DNA from: Escherichia coli
Lineage (GTDB): Bacteria > Pseudomonadota > Gammaproteobacteria > Enterobacterales > Enterobacteriaceae
Length of the DNA: 64,000 nucleotides
Assembly: GCF_003334385.1 (NCBI RefSeq)
Contig: NZ_QOWN01000010.1
Reading direction: 5' to 3' (one strand)
Positions 33,198 to 43,824 of this stretch are shown one piece after another (the stretch's first letter is position 1; every line of letters starts with the position of its first letter). The translations under genes were made by a program, and so were the position numbers. The notes under the pieces are model-generated. The model searched no databases, had not been told where the DNA came from, and was given only the letters and a program-made list of their open reading frames with translations.

Positions 33198-35378
33198 TTA
33201 CTCTTTCTCGGAGTAACTATAACCGTAATAGTTATAGCCGTAACTGTAAGCGGTGCTGGCGCGTTTAATCACACCATTGAGGATAGCGCCTTTAATATTG
33301 ACGCCTGCCTGTTCCAGACGCTGCATTGACAAACTCACCTCTTTGGCGGTGTTCAAGCCAAAACGCGCAACCAGCAGGCTGGTGCCAACAGAACGCCCCA
33401 CGACCGCGGCATCACTCACCGCCAGCATCGGCGGCGTATCGACAATCACCAGATCGTAATGGTCGTTCGCCCATTCCAGTAATTGACGCATCCGATCGCG
33501 CATCAGCAGTTCAGACGGGTTAGGTGGCACCTGACCGCGAGTAATCACATCAAAGCCTCCTTTGCCAAAATGCTGGATCACTTTGTTGAGCTCATCTTTA
33601 CCTGCCAGATATTCCGACAAGCCATGTTCATTACTCACGGTAAACAGGTTATGCGAATAACCACGGCGTAAGTCGGCATCAATAAATAACACTTTTTGAT
33701 CGGACTGGGCGATCACCGCTGCCAGAGTTGAACTGACAAACGTTTTACCACTGTCTGGCGTCGCACCGGTGATCATTAGAATGTTATTCTCCGTCTCCAT
33801 CATAGCGAAATGCAGACTGGTTCGTAGCGCACGTACGGCTTCCACAGCAGAATCCGCCGGGTTATCCACCGCCAGGAAGGGGATATTTTTAGTACGATGG
33901 CGCTGCTGATTAGAAAATAAATTTTTCTTACGCAGACGGGTGCGTTTATCCAGCCACTCGGACATTGGGATAGTGGCATAAACGCTGATGCCGTGCTCTT
34001 CCAGTTGTTCCGGGGCTTCTACACCACGACGCAACATCGCACGCGCCAGCACGGCACCCACAGAAATAAACAGGCCAAGAATAAAACCAAGCACCACGTT
34101 CAACGCTTTTTTCGGTTTCACTGGCTGCGGCTGAGTGACTGCCGGGTCGATAATCCGCACGTTACCAATGGCACTGGATTTCGAAATACTCAACTCCTGC
34201 TGGCGGTTAAGTAATTGCAGATATACCGCACGGCCCGCTTCTACGTCACGACTTAAACGCAACACTTCCTGTTGGGTGGAAGGCATTGCCGATACCCGCT
34301 TATTCAGGCGTTTGCGTTCTTGCTCCAGCGTCTGGCGTTTTTCCAGCAGCGCACGATAAGTTGGGTGATCTTTCTTATACAGCTGGGAGATCTCTGCCTC
34401 GCGGAAGGTCAGCTCATTGAGTTGATTATCAACGTTCACAATCTGCTCAAGAACGGCTTTGGCTTCCAGGTTAAGGTCAACCGAATCGCGCTGCTGGCGA
34501 TAAACGTTGAGTTTTTCTTCCGCTTGGTCCAGCTCGCTGCGCACTTCAGGTAACTGGCGCTGTAAGAATTCAAGGCTTTGTGAATCCTGCGCCGCCTGGC
34601 GAGCGATATTCTGTTGCAAATAGTTGTTAGCGATGCTGTTCAGAATACGAGTAATCAACTGGGGATCATCACCAGTCATGGTAAGTTCCAGCATCCCGCT
34701 TTCTTTACTGCGTTCGCTAACGGTAAAGGTTTCCTGCAATGCGTTAATCGCTTCCAGTTCGGTACGCTGGCTCAGGACAAACTGTGTTCCTGGTTTGGCC
34801 TTAATGTCCGCGATAGTCAGCGCAACGCCATCTTTTTCCAGACGCTGGCCGACCATACCATTGACGGTGAACTCTTCACCTTCCAGTGTATAGTGGCCGT
34901 TTTCCCCAACCGTGAGTGTCAGTTGCTGATCCTGACCATTCAGTTGTGGAATATGCATCCAGCTGATCGCCAGCTCACCTGGTTTTTCTTTGGTTAATCT
35001 CGCCCAGCCGCGACCCACAATCGGAAAATACTTCTGCTCAACTATGTCGCGCAGATTCAGTTCAGCAATGGTTTTACCGAGAATCATGCGCGATTGCAGC
35101 AGTTGGATCTCCGGTGCAGACTCGGGCGATGAGTTAGGGATCATATCGCTCAGGCCGCTGAGAATGGCGTTGCCCTGTTTTTGCTCAACCTGGACCAGAG
35201 TATCTGCCTGATAAATTGGTGTGCTTAACAGCGAGTAAGCGACAGCGATCAGCGTGAATAACGCGGTCACGCTGATAATAAACTTACGGTGATCCCATAA
35301 CTCGCCGACCAGACGAAGCAGATCGATCTCATTTTCCTGAGTGCTGCCTGGTGGCGTATTCATATTTTTAGTTGTCAT
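33198..35378 (-). CDS. etk: Tyrosine autokinase Etk (Wzc paralogue)
   Basis: 726-aa ORF; Walker A GATPDSGKT and C-terminal tyrosine cluster YSYGYNYYGYSYSE. Confidence 0.95.
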   Translation of the reverse strand: MTTKNMNTPPGSTQENEIDLLRLVGELWDHRKFIISVTALFTLIAVAYSLLSTPIYQADTLVQVEQKQGNAILSGLSDMIPNSSPESAPEIQLLQSRMILGKTIAELNLRDIVEQKYFPIVGRGWARLTKEKPGELAISWMHIPQLNGQDQQLTLTVGENGHYTLEGEEFTVNGMVGQRLEKDGVALTIADIKAKPGTQFVLSQRTELEAINALQETFTVSERSKESGMLELTMTGDDPQLITRILNSIANNYLQQNIARQAAQDSQSLEFLQRQLPEVRSELDQAEEKLNVYRQQRDSVDLNLEAKAVLEQIVNVDNQLNELTFREAEISQLYKKDHPTYRALLEKRQTLEQERKRLNKRVSAMPSTQQEVLRLSRDVEAGRAVYLQLLNRQQELSISKSSAIGNVRIIDPAVTQPQPVKPKKALNVVLGFILGLFISVGAVLARAMLRRGVEAPEQLEEHGISVYATIPMSEWLDKRTRLRKKNLFSNQQRHRTKNIPFLAVDNPADSAVEAVRALRTSLHFAMMETENNILMITGATPDSGKTFVSSTLAAVIAQSDQKVLFIDADLRRGYSHNLFTVSNEHGLSEYLAGKDELNKVIQHFGKGGFDVITRGQVPPNPSELLMRDRMRQLLEWANDHYDLVIVDTPPMLAVSDAAVVGRSVGTSLLVARFGLNTAKEVSLSMQRLEQAGVNIKGAILNGVIKRASTAYSYGYNYYGYSYSEKE

Positions 35379-35397
35379 CGTATTTTATAAACTCAAA

Positions 35398-35844
35398 TTA
35401 CCGGCTGAGGCGCTTCGCCCATTCCTGACTGGCGCGCTCCAACATACCGTAGACATGTTCAAATGCGTCCTGACTTTTACGATAGGGATCCGGGATCTCT
35501 TTCTGTTCCAGCCATTGCCCAAACAGCATTGTCTTCCCGCGGACCTCGGGAGCAATTGCGGTAACCTGAGCAATATGTTCCGACTCCATTGCCAGAATCA
35601 GATCGTAATTTCGTGCCATCTCAGCAGTGAGCTTACGTCCGGCATGTCCTTCAAGAGATACGCCATGATTAGCGGCAACATCTGCCGCTGTCGCATCTGC
35701 AGGGTGTTTTACCAGACCATGAACACCTGCCGATTTGACTTTTACGCCCGGCAGACGTTTACGCAGCAAGCGCTCGCCAATGGGCGAACGGCAAATGTTG
35801 CCGGTACAAACCACCAGGATTGAGTTAAATTTTAGTTGGGCCAT
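35398..35844 (-). CDS. etp: Low-molecular-weight phosphotyrosine phosphatase Etp
   Basis: ORF trimmed to [21 protein letters not shown] (148 aa); CTGNICRS P-loop. Confidence 0.93.
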
Positions 35845-36971
35845 GTTTGAATCCACCGTGAAGTCTCTGTCAGGTCATGCACCCCGGAAATCGTCGGTAC
35901 CAGCAGAGAAATCACACGGTTCCAACGAGCCAGCGGCGCGGTAGTGACATAAACAATGTCGTAAGGTTCAAGCTGGAATTCCGTTCCGAGTATCATTGCC
36001 GATGCGTCCTTCGCATTCAGCTGATAAATATTGGCGATTTTGCCATTCTGCTTGTTTTGCGTTGCACGAATAACAAAAATCCCCGTCGCATCAGCGACAT
36101 CCTGATTCATACCCTCAGCGTTACCCAGCGCTTCCGCCAGGGTCATACCGCTGCGGTCCATTTTCAGCGTGCTCTGTTTACCCACTTCACCCATCACGAA
36201 GACTTTCAGATCATCGTTGCGCGGAATAAATAAAATATCGCCCGGGTGCAGCAGTTTGTTCTGGCGCAAGTCGCCACGCTGCATCAGCGCATAGAGGTTC
36301 ACTTTGGTCTTTACGCCATTCTGGGTGAGCACCACGTTGCGCCAGTCTGCATCTGCGGTCAGACCGCCCGCGGCGTTAATCGCATCCATGATGGTCAGAG
36401 GAATATTGGTAATCGGCTGCTGACCCGATTTGCTGACTTCGCCGGTGACGTACGCTTTTTGCGATCGGAACGCCGCGACGCTGACATCGACTTGCGGGCT
36501 TTCAATGACTGAATCGAGACGCGCTGTAATCTCGTTGCGTACCTGGGTAAGTGTTTTCCCGGCCACTTTCAGGCGACCAATATAGGGGTAGAAAATCGCA
36601 CCATCGGCGTTAACCCAGTTGCCGGTATCACTGGCGCTACGGTATTGCCCTGCGGGGGTGGTTAGTTCCGGGTGATCCCAGACCGTAACCATCAACACAT
36701 CACCAATCCCGATACGATATTCATAGTTTGCGATTTGCTGCTCCAGCTCCGGGTTAGCCTGCGACATAATCGGTTTGGCGCGCAACTGATCAATCAATCC
36801 TGGCGTGACGGGATAGATATTGACCATTTTGTCCAGGTCATACTGATTGTCAGGTAGTTCAATGACATCCTTGTTACTGGTCGATAAATTCTGACCAGGA
36901 ACAAGGGTACATGCTGTCAAAGACAGAACAGCCAATGTCAGTACCGAAAACTTAAAAATGTTCTTTTTCAT
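35832..36971 (-). CDS. gfcE: Wza-like outer membrane polysaccharide export lipoprotein GfcE
   Basis: ORF trimmed to [21 protein letters not shown] (379 aa). Confidence 0.93.
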
Positions 36972-37016
36972 TGGTTTATATTTATCAGTCAATGTAATGT
37001 TATGAATTACGTCAGG

Positions 37017-39113
37017 TTATTGTCCAACCGGTACTTCTCGCTCTGCCGTCATTGGATAGAGCTGGTATTTGCGTGACAGCATTTGTCCACCATCACGCGT
37101 CAATGGTGTCCACGAAACCACCGCGCGGTTGCGGTTAGGTCCAATGGTCATCAAGTCGAATGGAATCGAGATATAAAAACCTTTACTAAAGCCGCCTTCG
37201 CCGTAGTCATCTTTAGATACGTTACTGATTGCCGCCCATACCCCTACCGCCACGCCGCTGTCAAAGCGTTTGGCGACGTCGATCGTTGCGCCTTTATCTT
37301 TTGCCAGATATTGCCCAACGCTAAGTTTCATCAGTACGCCATTGAGCGTCGGCGGGTTCCAGTAAGCCGTCACGAAACCTGTTGGCGTGGAATAATCGGT
37401 GAAACGCATCATGTTGTCCCAGTCACGTTGCTTCACGTAGTTAACGTCCACACCCAGCGCCCAGCAGGCATCTAGCGGGCGATAAAGCAGCTCGGAACCG
37501 ACACCGGCGTACATCGTTTCCAGATAACCGCCATACACCTGGCCATAGAAACCATTGCCTAAGTCAGCAAAATAGTTCGCCTGCAAGTTGTTGAGATAAA
37601 CGTCATTGCGAACGTAGTCACGGATATGCGTGCGCACGCGGGGCAGGGTAGAGTCCGCGGGCAACAGCGAAGACTTAAACTTGTCGTAGTTGTTGTAAAT
37701 ATTGGTGAAAATACCGCCATCAAGCAGCAGGTGGTCGGTAAACCAGTAGCGGGCACTGGACATCAGCCCCAGCTGGAACATATAGAAATCTTCCGGGCCG
37801 CCCAGCGACTGTGAAAGTGTTGGGTTGAAAGAGTAGCTAAAGCGATCTTCACGAATACGGTAGCCCCGACCAAAGGCAGAAAGATCTTCAGCTTCAACAC
37901 GTTGTTGTTGCAGTGGCTCTGATTGACCAGGCGCTGTACCTGCCAGCTGTTTGCGCAGGCTGGCTACGTCGGTTTCGGTAGTCACCATCGCCATATGCTC
38001 GCGCTTTTGCGTCACGCTAATCTTCTCAACGCCTTGCGGCAGGTTATTCACCAGAATCCGGTTGGCACGATCGACCGCTTCACGAGAGTCACGGTATTTG
38101 TATTGCTGACCAGACATATACAGTGTCTTATCGCGTAGCTGAATTTCTGGCGCGTCAAAGCCCGCGTTATACTTCAGGGCGGTAAGTTGGTTTGCTACCG
38201 TGGTGTACTGCAATCCTTCAGATTCAGGCGCAGGTTGATATGCCGGTTTTGGCGTATCGCGCAGGGCAGGGCGCAGATCGTTGAAATTGGTCCGTAACGT
38301 GAAGCCAAACATCAACGTGTTACCGCGTTCATAACTCAGGTTGAGATCTGCCCAGCTGGCTGCGCGATAAACTGCGCCGACGTTGAAATGGCTTGCCTGA
38401 GGCAGTTTGCCAGCGAAATCATTCTGGTAATTGTTTCCATCGTATTCGAGTTTCAGACGCAGGGGATTCCACGGCGTTTGATACTCAATGCCGCCAAAGA
38501 TGGAAGCCGGGCCACGAAAGATATCGCTAAAGCTGATATCGCCCGCATCGTGAGACTCTGCGCGATGACAATATTTATCGCTCACCCGGCAAAACGGGTT
38601 GGTAATATTGCCCGCATTACCGGCGTAGCCCCATGCCATCCCGAGGGTGAAATCAAATGGCCCCGCTTGCTTGCTGGCCACCAGATACTCACCGTCAAAC
38701 AGACCCGTACCAGCAATATCACGTTTACCAAACGCCACTTGCGGTAGCCAGTAACCTTCTTCCCACAGGCGAAGTTTAAAATCGAATGATTTGTCTTTGT
38801 ATGACTGATCGCCGCTGAAATCTTCCCACTGGCTATATTTGCGTGTGCGCACATCCGTATAACGAATGGTGCCTTCCAGCCATGGGAACAGCGCCACGGA
38901 GGTGGAGTAGAACCGGTATTGATCGTTATCCCGGTAGTTGACGCTGAATTCACCTTCCGGTGCGATGCGCGCATTTGGCATCTGCAACAATCCTGTGCCG
39001 CCAAAGTCTGATTGCGACGAACCCAGCGGATCCGGGTAGGTTAATACTTCAGCATGACAGGCACTGGAGACGGCAATGGCCAGGCAGCTTAAAAGATAAG
39101 AATTCTTCTTCAT
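37017..39113 (-). CDS. gfcD: Outer membrane beta-barrel lipoprotein GfcD
   Basis: 698-aa ORF; operon position. Confidence 0.93.
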
Positions 39114-39859
39114 CAGTCAGGAACACGTTGCGTTAAAACAGACACAATCTGGTCATTTAAATCAGCATATTTTTCGGGCAGTACATGCGCAGAAAAGCCC
39201 AACCAAAGCTGGCTGCCAGGCGGTGGTTCCACATGTCTTTTATTCCACAGGGCAACAGGGGCGACGACAGTCTCACCCTCAGGCGTAATCACCATAACGT
39301 TATTCTTGTCCGCGCCTGCAAGGCGGGGGTGATCTTGCAGATAATCGGTAACGCTACGGCCTGCCTGCCAGGGCAATTGCCCGGCCCCAGAAACCGCACC
39401 CAGCAGAGTAATAGTCACCGGACGCTGTACGGTATAGAGCGTATAGTCCCCGACCAACGGGGGATTGCTGTTCTCATCCACTCGTACAAAATCAGGGTCC
39501 AGTTTGACCGGTAAGCGACCAGTGATATTGAGATTGAGTAACTGCTGGCGCACGGATTTAATCGTTGCCGCCACATCGTCGTCAGCTTCTGCTTCCCAGG
39601 AAGCAAGCTGTGCCATGACATGTTGGTAGTCTTTAAGCGCTTTAGCTTTCGCCGCAGAGTCGGTCAGCAAGGCACCAGGCCACCAGAGGCGATCGCGCAG
39701 TTGCGGTTGTGTCACCAACTGGACAACATTTTCCACGGGGCCAACGGAAAGTGTCTGTTGTTCGCCAGGCAGATAAATAGTCACCGTTCCTTGCGCAAAG
39801 GCATGGGGTGTCATTACGTAAAGTACGCTGGCAATGAAATACGACTGTAATTTATTCAT
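39113..39859 (-). CDS. gfcC: Periplasmic protein GfcC
   Basis: 248-aa ORF with signal peptide. Confidence 0.93.
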
Positions 39860-40500
39860 GGTGCGGGTTTAAGAAACGTCATTTCTACGGGAATAACCCC
39901 TGCGCCTAACATTTGCCGACTTTGACGAACCTGGCCAGTAGCCGAATCGACCCAGAATGTGTTTTGCCACTGTTTTTCTGGCCGCGTGGAAGTCACCTCT
40001 TCCTGCCAGACATTACACAGCACATTGCGACCCGCAATATTCAGCGTCTCTAATCCAGCAAAGGAAAAAGTAGAACTCAGGGTCGCAGAGCGAAAATGGT
40101 TGTCTTCACTCCAGAGAATATCGCGCGTCCAGCGGCTGCCATCTTTTATTGCCAGCGCGTTACGCAGAGGGTCCTGCCCGGAATTTGTCACTTCCAGCAG
40201 ATTATTATTAAGTTTGACGGTTTTTAAAAGACGTCCATTGTGGGTAACCAGCATGGCGTTATCCTGGGATAACCATTTGCTTTGTTCTTGTTCTATATAT
40301 CCCAGTACCACAAAGATTCGTTGCCCTTCATTAAGGCGTAAATACATAGTGGAATAAGGCAACGCCTGGATCTGCTGATCCGCTACGGTGATATCCTGAT
40401 TATCGAAAAGGCTGGCGCGAAATGTATCGACCATACTTTGCTGGCTGTGCGTACATCCCGCAAGAAATAGTGCGAAAATCGATAAAATAAGAGGGCGCAC
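39856..40500 (-). CDS. gfcB: Lipoprotein GfcB
   Basis: 214-aa ORF with lipobox LAGCTHS. Confidence 0.93.
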   Translation of the reverse strand: MRPLILSIFALFLAGCTHSQQSMVDTFRASLFDNQDITVADQQIQALPYSTMYLRLNEGQRIFVVLGYIEQEQSKWLSQDNAMLVTHNGRLLKTVKLNNNLLEVTNSGQDPLRNALAIKDGSRWTRDILWSEDNHFRSATLSSTFSFAGLETLNIAGRNVLCNVWQEEVTSTRPEKQWQNTFWVDSATGQVRQSRQMLGAGVIPVEMTFLKPAP

Positions 40501-40606
40501 CTTTAATCCTTGAAAGGTTAATTAAAAAAATGCAAATCTCTAAAGCCCGGTACGAATATCGCAACCGGGTATCATTTAACTTTAATTTCGACGCGTTAAA
40601 GCAGTA

Positions 40607-40912
40607 TTAGCGTGTAGTGGACGTGGTGGTTGAGGTGTTATGAGAACCGCCATCGCCACTGTCATTTGCTGCAACAACTGCCAACGTCGCCACACCAACA
40701 GCCGTTGCCACACCGACAACTGTCGCCGTGCCGACAGCGCCAGCAGCCACGCCACCAGTGGTAGTAGCAGTCGTGGTTGCGCCGGTAGTGGTCGTTGTGG
40801 TGCCAGTAGTACCCGTCGTTGCCTCGGTCCCGTTTGTTGCTTCAGGGGCAGCAAACGCAGCTGGCGTCGTCAACATGAAGGCCATAAGGATTGCAGAAAG
40901 CTTGTGTTTCAT
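40607..40912 (-). CDS. gfcA: Thr-rich inner membrane protein GfcA
   Basis: ORF trimmed to MKHKLSAILMAFMLTTPAAFA (101 aa); long Thr/Gly/Ala/Val low-complexity tract. Confidence 0.88.
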   Translation of the reverse strand: MKHKLSAILMAFMLTTPAAFAAPEATNGTEATTGTTGTTTTTTGATTTATTTGGVAAGAVGTATVVGVATAVGVATLAVVAANDSGDGGSHNTSTTTSTTR

Positions 40913-41353
40913 AACTTTTCCTTTATTCATCGCATGGACAATACGTACGCTTGAGATCAGGATTGTCTACTTTGAGTATAACATCCTTGTGAAATCTCCC
41001 TTTCCTCATACCGCTTGCACTATATACTGCGGGTAGGAAAGGCGCGCAGAGGGAAATATAAGATTGTTAACTATCCCCCTCTGGAAATACGACTTGTGAG
41101 CATAAGATAAATCTTAGCAAAATACAAATTAAAGATAAGGAAATTGTTACGAAAGCTATTAATTATTGTTGGTAATATAGTTTCAAGTGGTACTATAACT
41201 GGCTGTTAAATGGCATTTATAACTATTAGGTGCAGAGATATTCGCTTAAATGGATTAGTTTCTTTGTGGAAAAGTAACTGATGTTATAATGTATGATGTT
41301 GACTATTGCACTATTCCAATAAAACCAGTCAGCTTTAAACAAGCAGCGTCATA

Positions 41354-41566
41354 TTAAGAGAGATAAACATTTGCCGCTGTTGGTCCTCGCAGGCCATTTA
41401 CGCGGCAAAATTCCACACGTAATCCTGGTATAAGCACTTCTGCGTCGCGGGGAGTGAATGCGGAAATATGGACCTGAACTTCTTTACGACCGTCGGAGGG
41501 GATAATGAATCCTTTGCCGCTTTTGCGATCAAAGGTTTTGACAATTCCTGTCATTTTACGGGACAA
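41354..41566 (-). CDS. cspH: Cold-shock-domain protein CspH
   Basis: 70-aa [26 protein letters not shown]... Confidence 0.93.
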
Positions 41567-41851
41567 ACAAATTCCTTACTGAAAATACTGCGCTGCACTA
41601 TACGGGGTTAATAAAATAAAGCCAGCGATATTTAAGACCGCCGGACGGCTAAAATAAAATTTGCTTAATCTCAATTATCATGCGTTAATAGCTGCGTCGG
41701 TTTGAAAGACAGACAGCATACAAAGTAGTTTACTAAAGCAGTTCTCATTATCAGGCATTATCCCCTTCTTTTGAGTCTCTCTCCTGAACACTAAGTAGTT
41801 TCTGTATTAAAGCCCTGTTTGCCGAAAGGCCCAAAATGAAGGAAGTAAAAT

Positions 41852-42064
41852 ATGTCTAATAAAATGACTGGTTTAGTAAAATGGTTTAACGCAGATAAAG
41901 GTTTTGGCTTTATCACTCCTGATGATGGCAGCAAAGACGTTTTCGTCCATTTCACCGCCATCCAGAGCAATGAATTCCGCACGCTGAACGAAAATCAGAA
42001 AGTTGAATTTTCTATTGAGCAGGGGCAACGTGGCCCCGCGGCAGCGAACGTTGTTACGCTCTAA
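41852..42064 (+). CDS. cspG: Cold shock protein CspG
   Basis: 70-aa [26 protein letters not shown]...; long AT-rich leader. Confidence 0.95.
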   Translation: MSNKMTGLVKWFNADKGFGFITPDDGSKDVFVHFTAIQSNEFRTLNENQKVEFSIEQGQRGPAAANVVTL

Positions 42065-42263
42065 GGTTGCCATTATTACTCAACATCTCCATTTCCGCTG
42101 TCCATGTTGTCATGGTTCACAGTACCGCACATCGGCATTCGATGTGACGGAGCGAAACCCTTTGGGCGCTAAGTGTATTTTTTGTAAATCGACGATGATC
42201 ACCTTTGATAACGTCGCGCTGCAAATACGCACTGACCATGCGCCGCTGGATTTCACAAAATAA
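42051..42263 (+). CDS. ymcF: Small Cys-rich (zinc-ribbon-like) protein YmcF; start codon uncertain
   Basis: Frame of ORF 42003..42263 encodes ...[11 protein letters not shown]...CIFCKS...; no in-frame ATG before the Cys motifs, so the start must be non-canonical (TTG at 42051 proposed). Confidence 0.5.
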   Translation: MLRSKVAIITQHLHFRCPCCHGSQYRTSAFDVTERNPLGAKCIFCKSTMITFDNVALQIRTDHAPLDFTK

Positions 42264-42468
42264 TATCAGGCTCCCTCGTGGAGCCTTTTTTATATCTGCC
42301 TTATTTTTCTTCAACGCTGTATGTATAGTAAGCGATAACCTGTTGATTATTGAATCTTTCGGGGAGATGGCTTATAACATTTCTTACCTGACCAGGGTAC
42401 CGGGAACCAACACCTTACTGGCGTGTTGCTGTCTTTTAAGACCAGAAGAGGTTAACAGTGAATATTGA
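42238..42468 (+). CDS. ymcE: Small protein YmcE (Sfa)
   Basis: ORF trimmed to [25 protein letters not shown] (76 aa). Confidence 0.85.
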   Translation: MRRWISQNNIRLPRGAFFISALFFFNAVCIVSDNLLIIESFGEMAYNISYLTRVPGTNTLLACCCLLRPEEVNSEY

Positions 42469-42631
42469 AGAGTTAAAAAAACAAGCCGAAACGGAAATCG
42501 CCGACTTTATCGCGCAAAAAATCGCCGAGCTGAACAAGAATACAGGGAAAGAAGTCTCTGAAATTCGCTTCACCGCACGAGAAAAAATGACCGGGCTTGA
42601 AAGTTATGATGTCAAAATCAAAATAATGTGA
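42458..42631 (+). CDS. gnsA: GnsA (57 aa)
   Basis: GTG start at 42458 gives MNIEELKKQAETEIADFIAQKIAELNKNTGKEVSEIRFTAREKMTGLESYDVKIKIM; start overlaps the ymcE stop. Confidence 0.85.
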   Translation: MNIEELKKQAETEIADFIAQKIAELNKNTGKEVSEIRFTAREKMTGLESYDVKIKIM

Positions 42632-42637
42632 TTTTGT

Positions 42638-42665
42638 GAACATCACCCCGTGCGAGGTGATGTTC
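42638..42665. terminator. Hairpin between convergent gnsA and yccM
   Basis: Stem gaacatcacc / ggtgatgttc; weak flanking U-tract. Confidence 0.45.
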
Positions 42666-42679
42666 CGCTTGTTGCTAAT

Positions 42680-43753
42680 TTAGTGACCAATCATTGGCGC
42701 TTGTGGAATTAAGCGTCGGTACAATTCCTCCGGCACCGGGCTTTGCCATACTCCCGCATACATTGCGTAACCAATCACCGCAAACATAATCCCCAGAACC
42801 AGTAGCGTCATTAACCAGCCAGACAACGCAAAGGCTTTTTTATTTGCCGCAGGTTTTTGCAGTGAAAAGGTCAATGTTGAGGCTACCGGACATGACTCTA
42901 CGCAAGTCATACAGCCGGTACATTCCACTGTTCGTACCTGAATTAATTTATCGACCGGGATCCGTGATGGGCAATTTTTTGCGCATTTGCCACAGTCGAT
43001 ACAACTTTCGGCATTGCGACGAATCTTAAACGGCGACAATAGCGAAACCACGCCCATCAGCGCGCCATATGGGCAAAGATAACGACACCAGGCATGGCGA
43101 ATAAACAGGCTGGCAATCAGCAAAACGGTCACGCTGATTAATGTCGCGGTCCCCATATGACGAAAGAAATCGAGCATTTTAACGTCCATCACCACGCTGT
43201 AGGGCGACAACATAAAATAGTGAATCGCCTGAGCGGGCATCAATAACGCGATATAGATAAAAAAACTCAACAGCAAATACTTCACGCCGCGCAGAGGAAT
43301 ATCCAGCCAGCGGGGAAGGACACATTGCCGACCAAACAGTTTGTTACCGAGATCGCCGATTAATTCAGAAAGCGTACCAACCGGGCATAACCATGAGCAA
43401 AAGGCCTTTTTGAGTAATAGACTGATGACGATAAAAGCGACCAATAACAGCATCGCGGCGGCGTGGACGGACGGTAACTGACCTGTTACAAGGCTATATT
43501 TCAGATTCATCAGCCCGGCAATCGGTAGCCAGCCTTCGATACCTCCCGGTCTGGCGACAAATGTCGTGCTACTTGCCGTTTCGTAATAGCGCACCCAATA
43601 CCAGAACGTGATGGCAATATAAATATTCATTGCCAACAGTAATAATTGCGTCGCTTTACGCCAGGTCGTGGCATTACGCCAGTCATTCCACGGTAATTTG
43701 CCGCCCGTCGTGCCTGGCCGCCGCTGCCAGCGGGTTCTTTTATTCTCTGCCAT
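42680..43753 (-). CDS. yccM: NapH-like membrane polyferredoxin YccM (two 4Fe-4S motifs)
   Basis: 357-aa ORF with CIDCGKCAKNCP and CTGCMTCVESCP plus CSWLCP / CRYLCP motifs and transmembrane segments. Confidence 0.92.
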   Translation of the reverse strand: MAENKRTRWQRRPGTTGGKLPWNDWRNATTWRKATQLLLLAMNIYIAITFWYWVRYYETASSTTFVARPGGIEGWLPIAGLMNLKYSLVTGQLPSVHAAAMLLLVAFIVISLLLKKAFCSWLCPVGTLSELIGDLGNKLFGRQCVLPRWLDIPLRGVKYLLLSFFIYIALLMPAQAIHYFMLSPYSVVMDVKMLDFFRHMGTATLISVTVLLIASLFIRHAWCRYLCPYGALMGVVSLLSPFKIRRNAESCIDCGKCAKNCPSRIPVDKLIQVRTVECTGCMTCVESCPVASTLTFSLQKPAANKKAFALSGWLMTLLVLGIMFAVIGYAMYAGVWQSPVPEELYRRLIPQAPMIGH

Positions 43754-43824
43754 GATTTTGCCAGTCCGTTAAGTTGTATACCAAATGCCACTATTCTAGT
43801 TGTTCTTAACTGGCTGATATTGAT

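Noticed and set aside
40913-41353. Searched for IS1 or another insertion sequence between gfcA and cspH
   Set aside because: No IS1 inverted repeats (GGTGATGCTGCCAACTTACTGAT-like ends) and no transposase ORF; the region is plain AT-rich spacer. Absence is reported as a finding rather than as a mobile-element feature.
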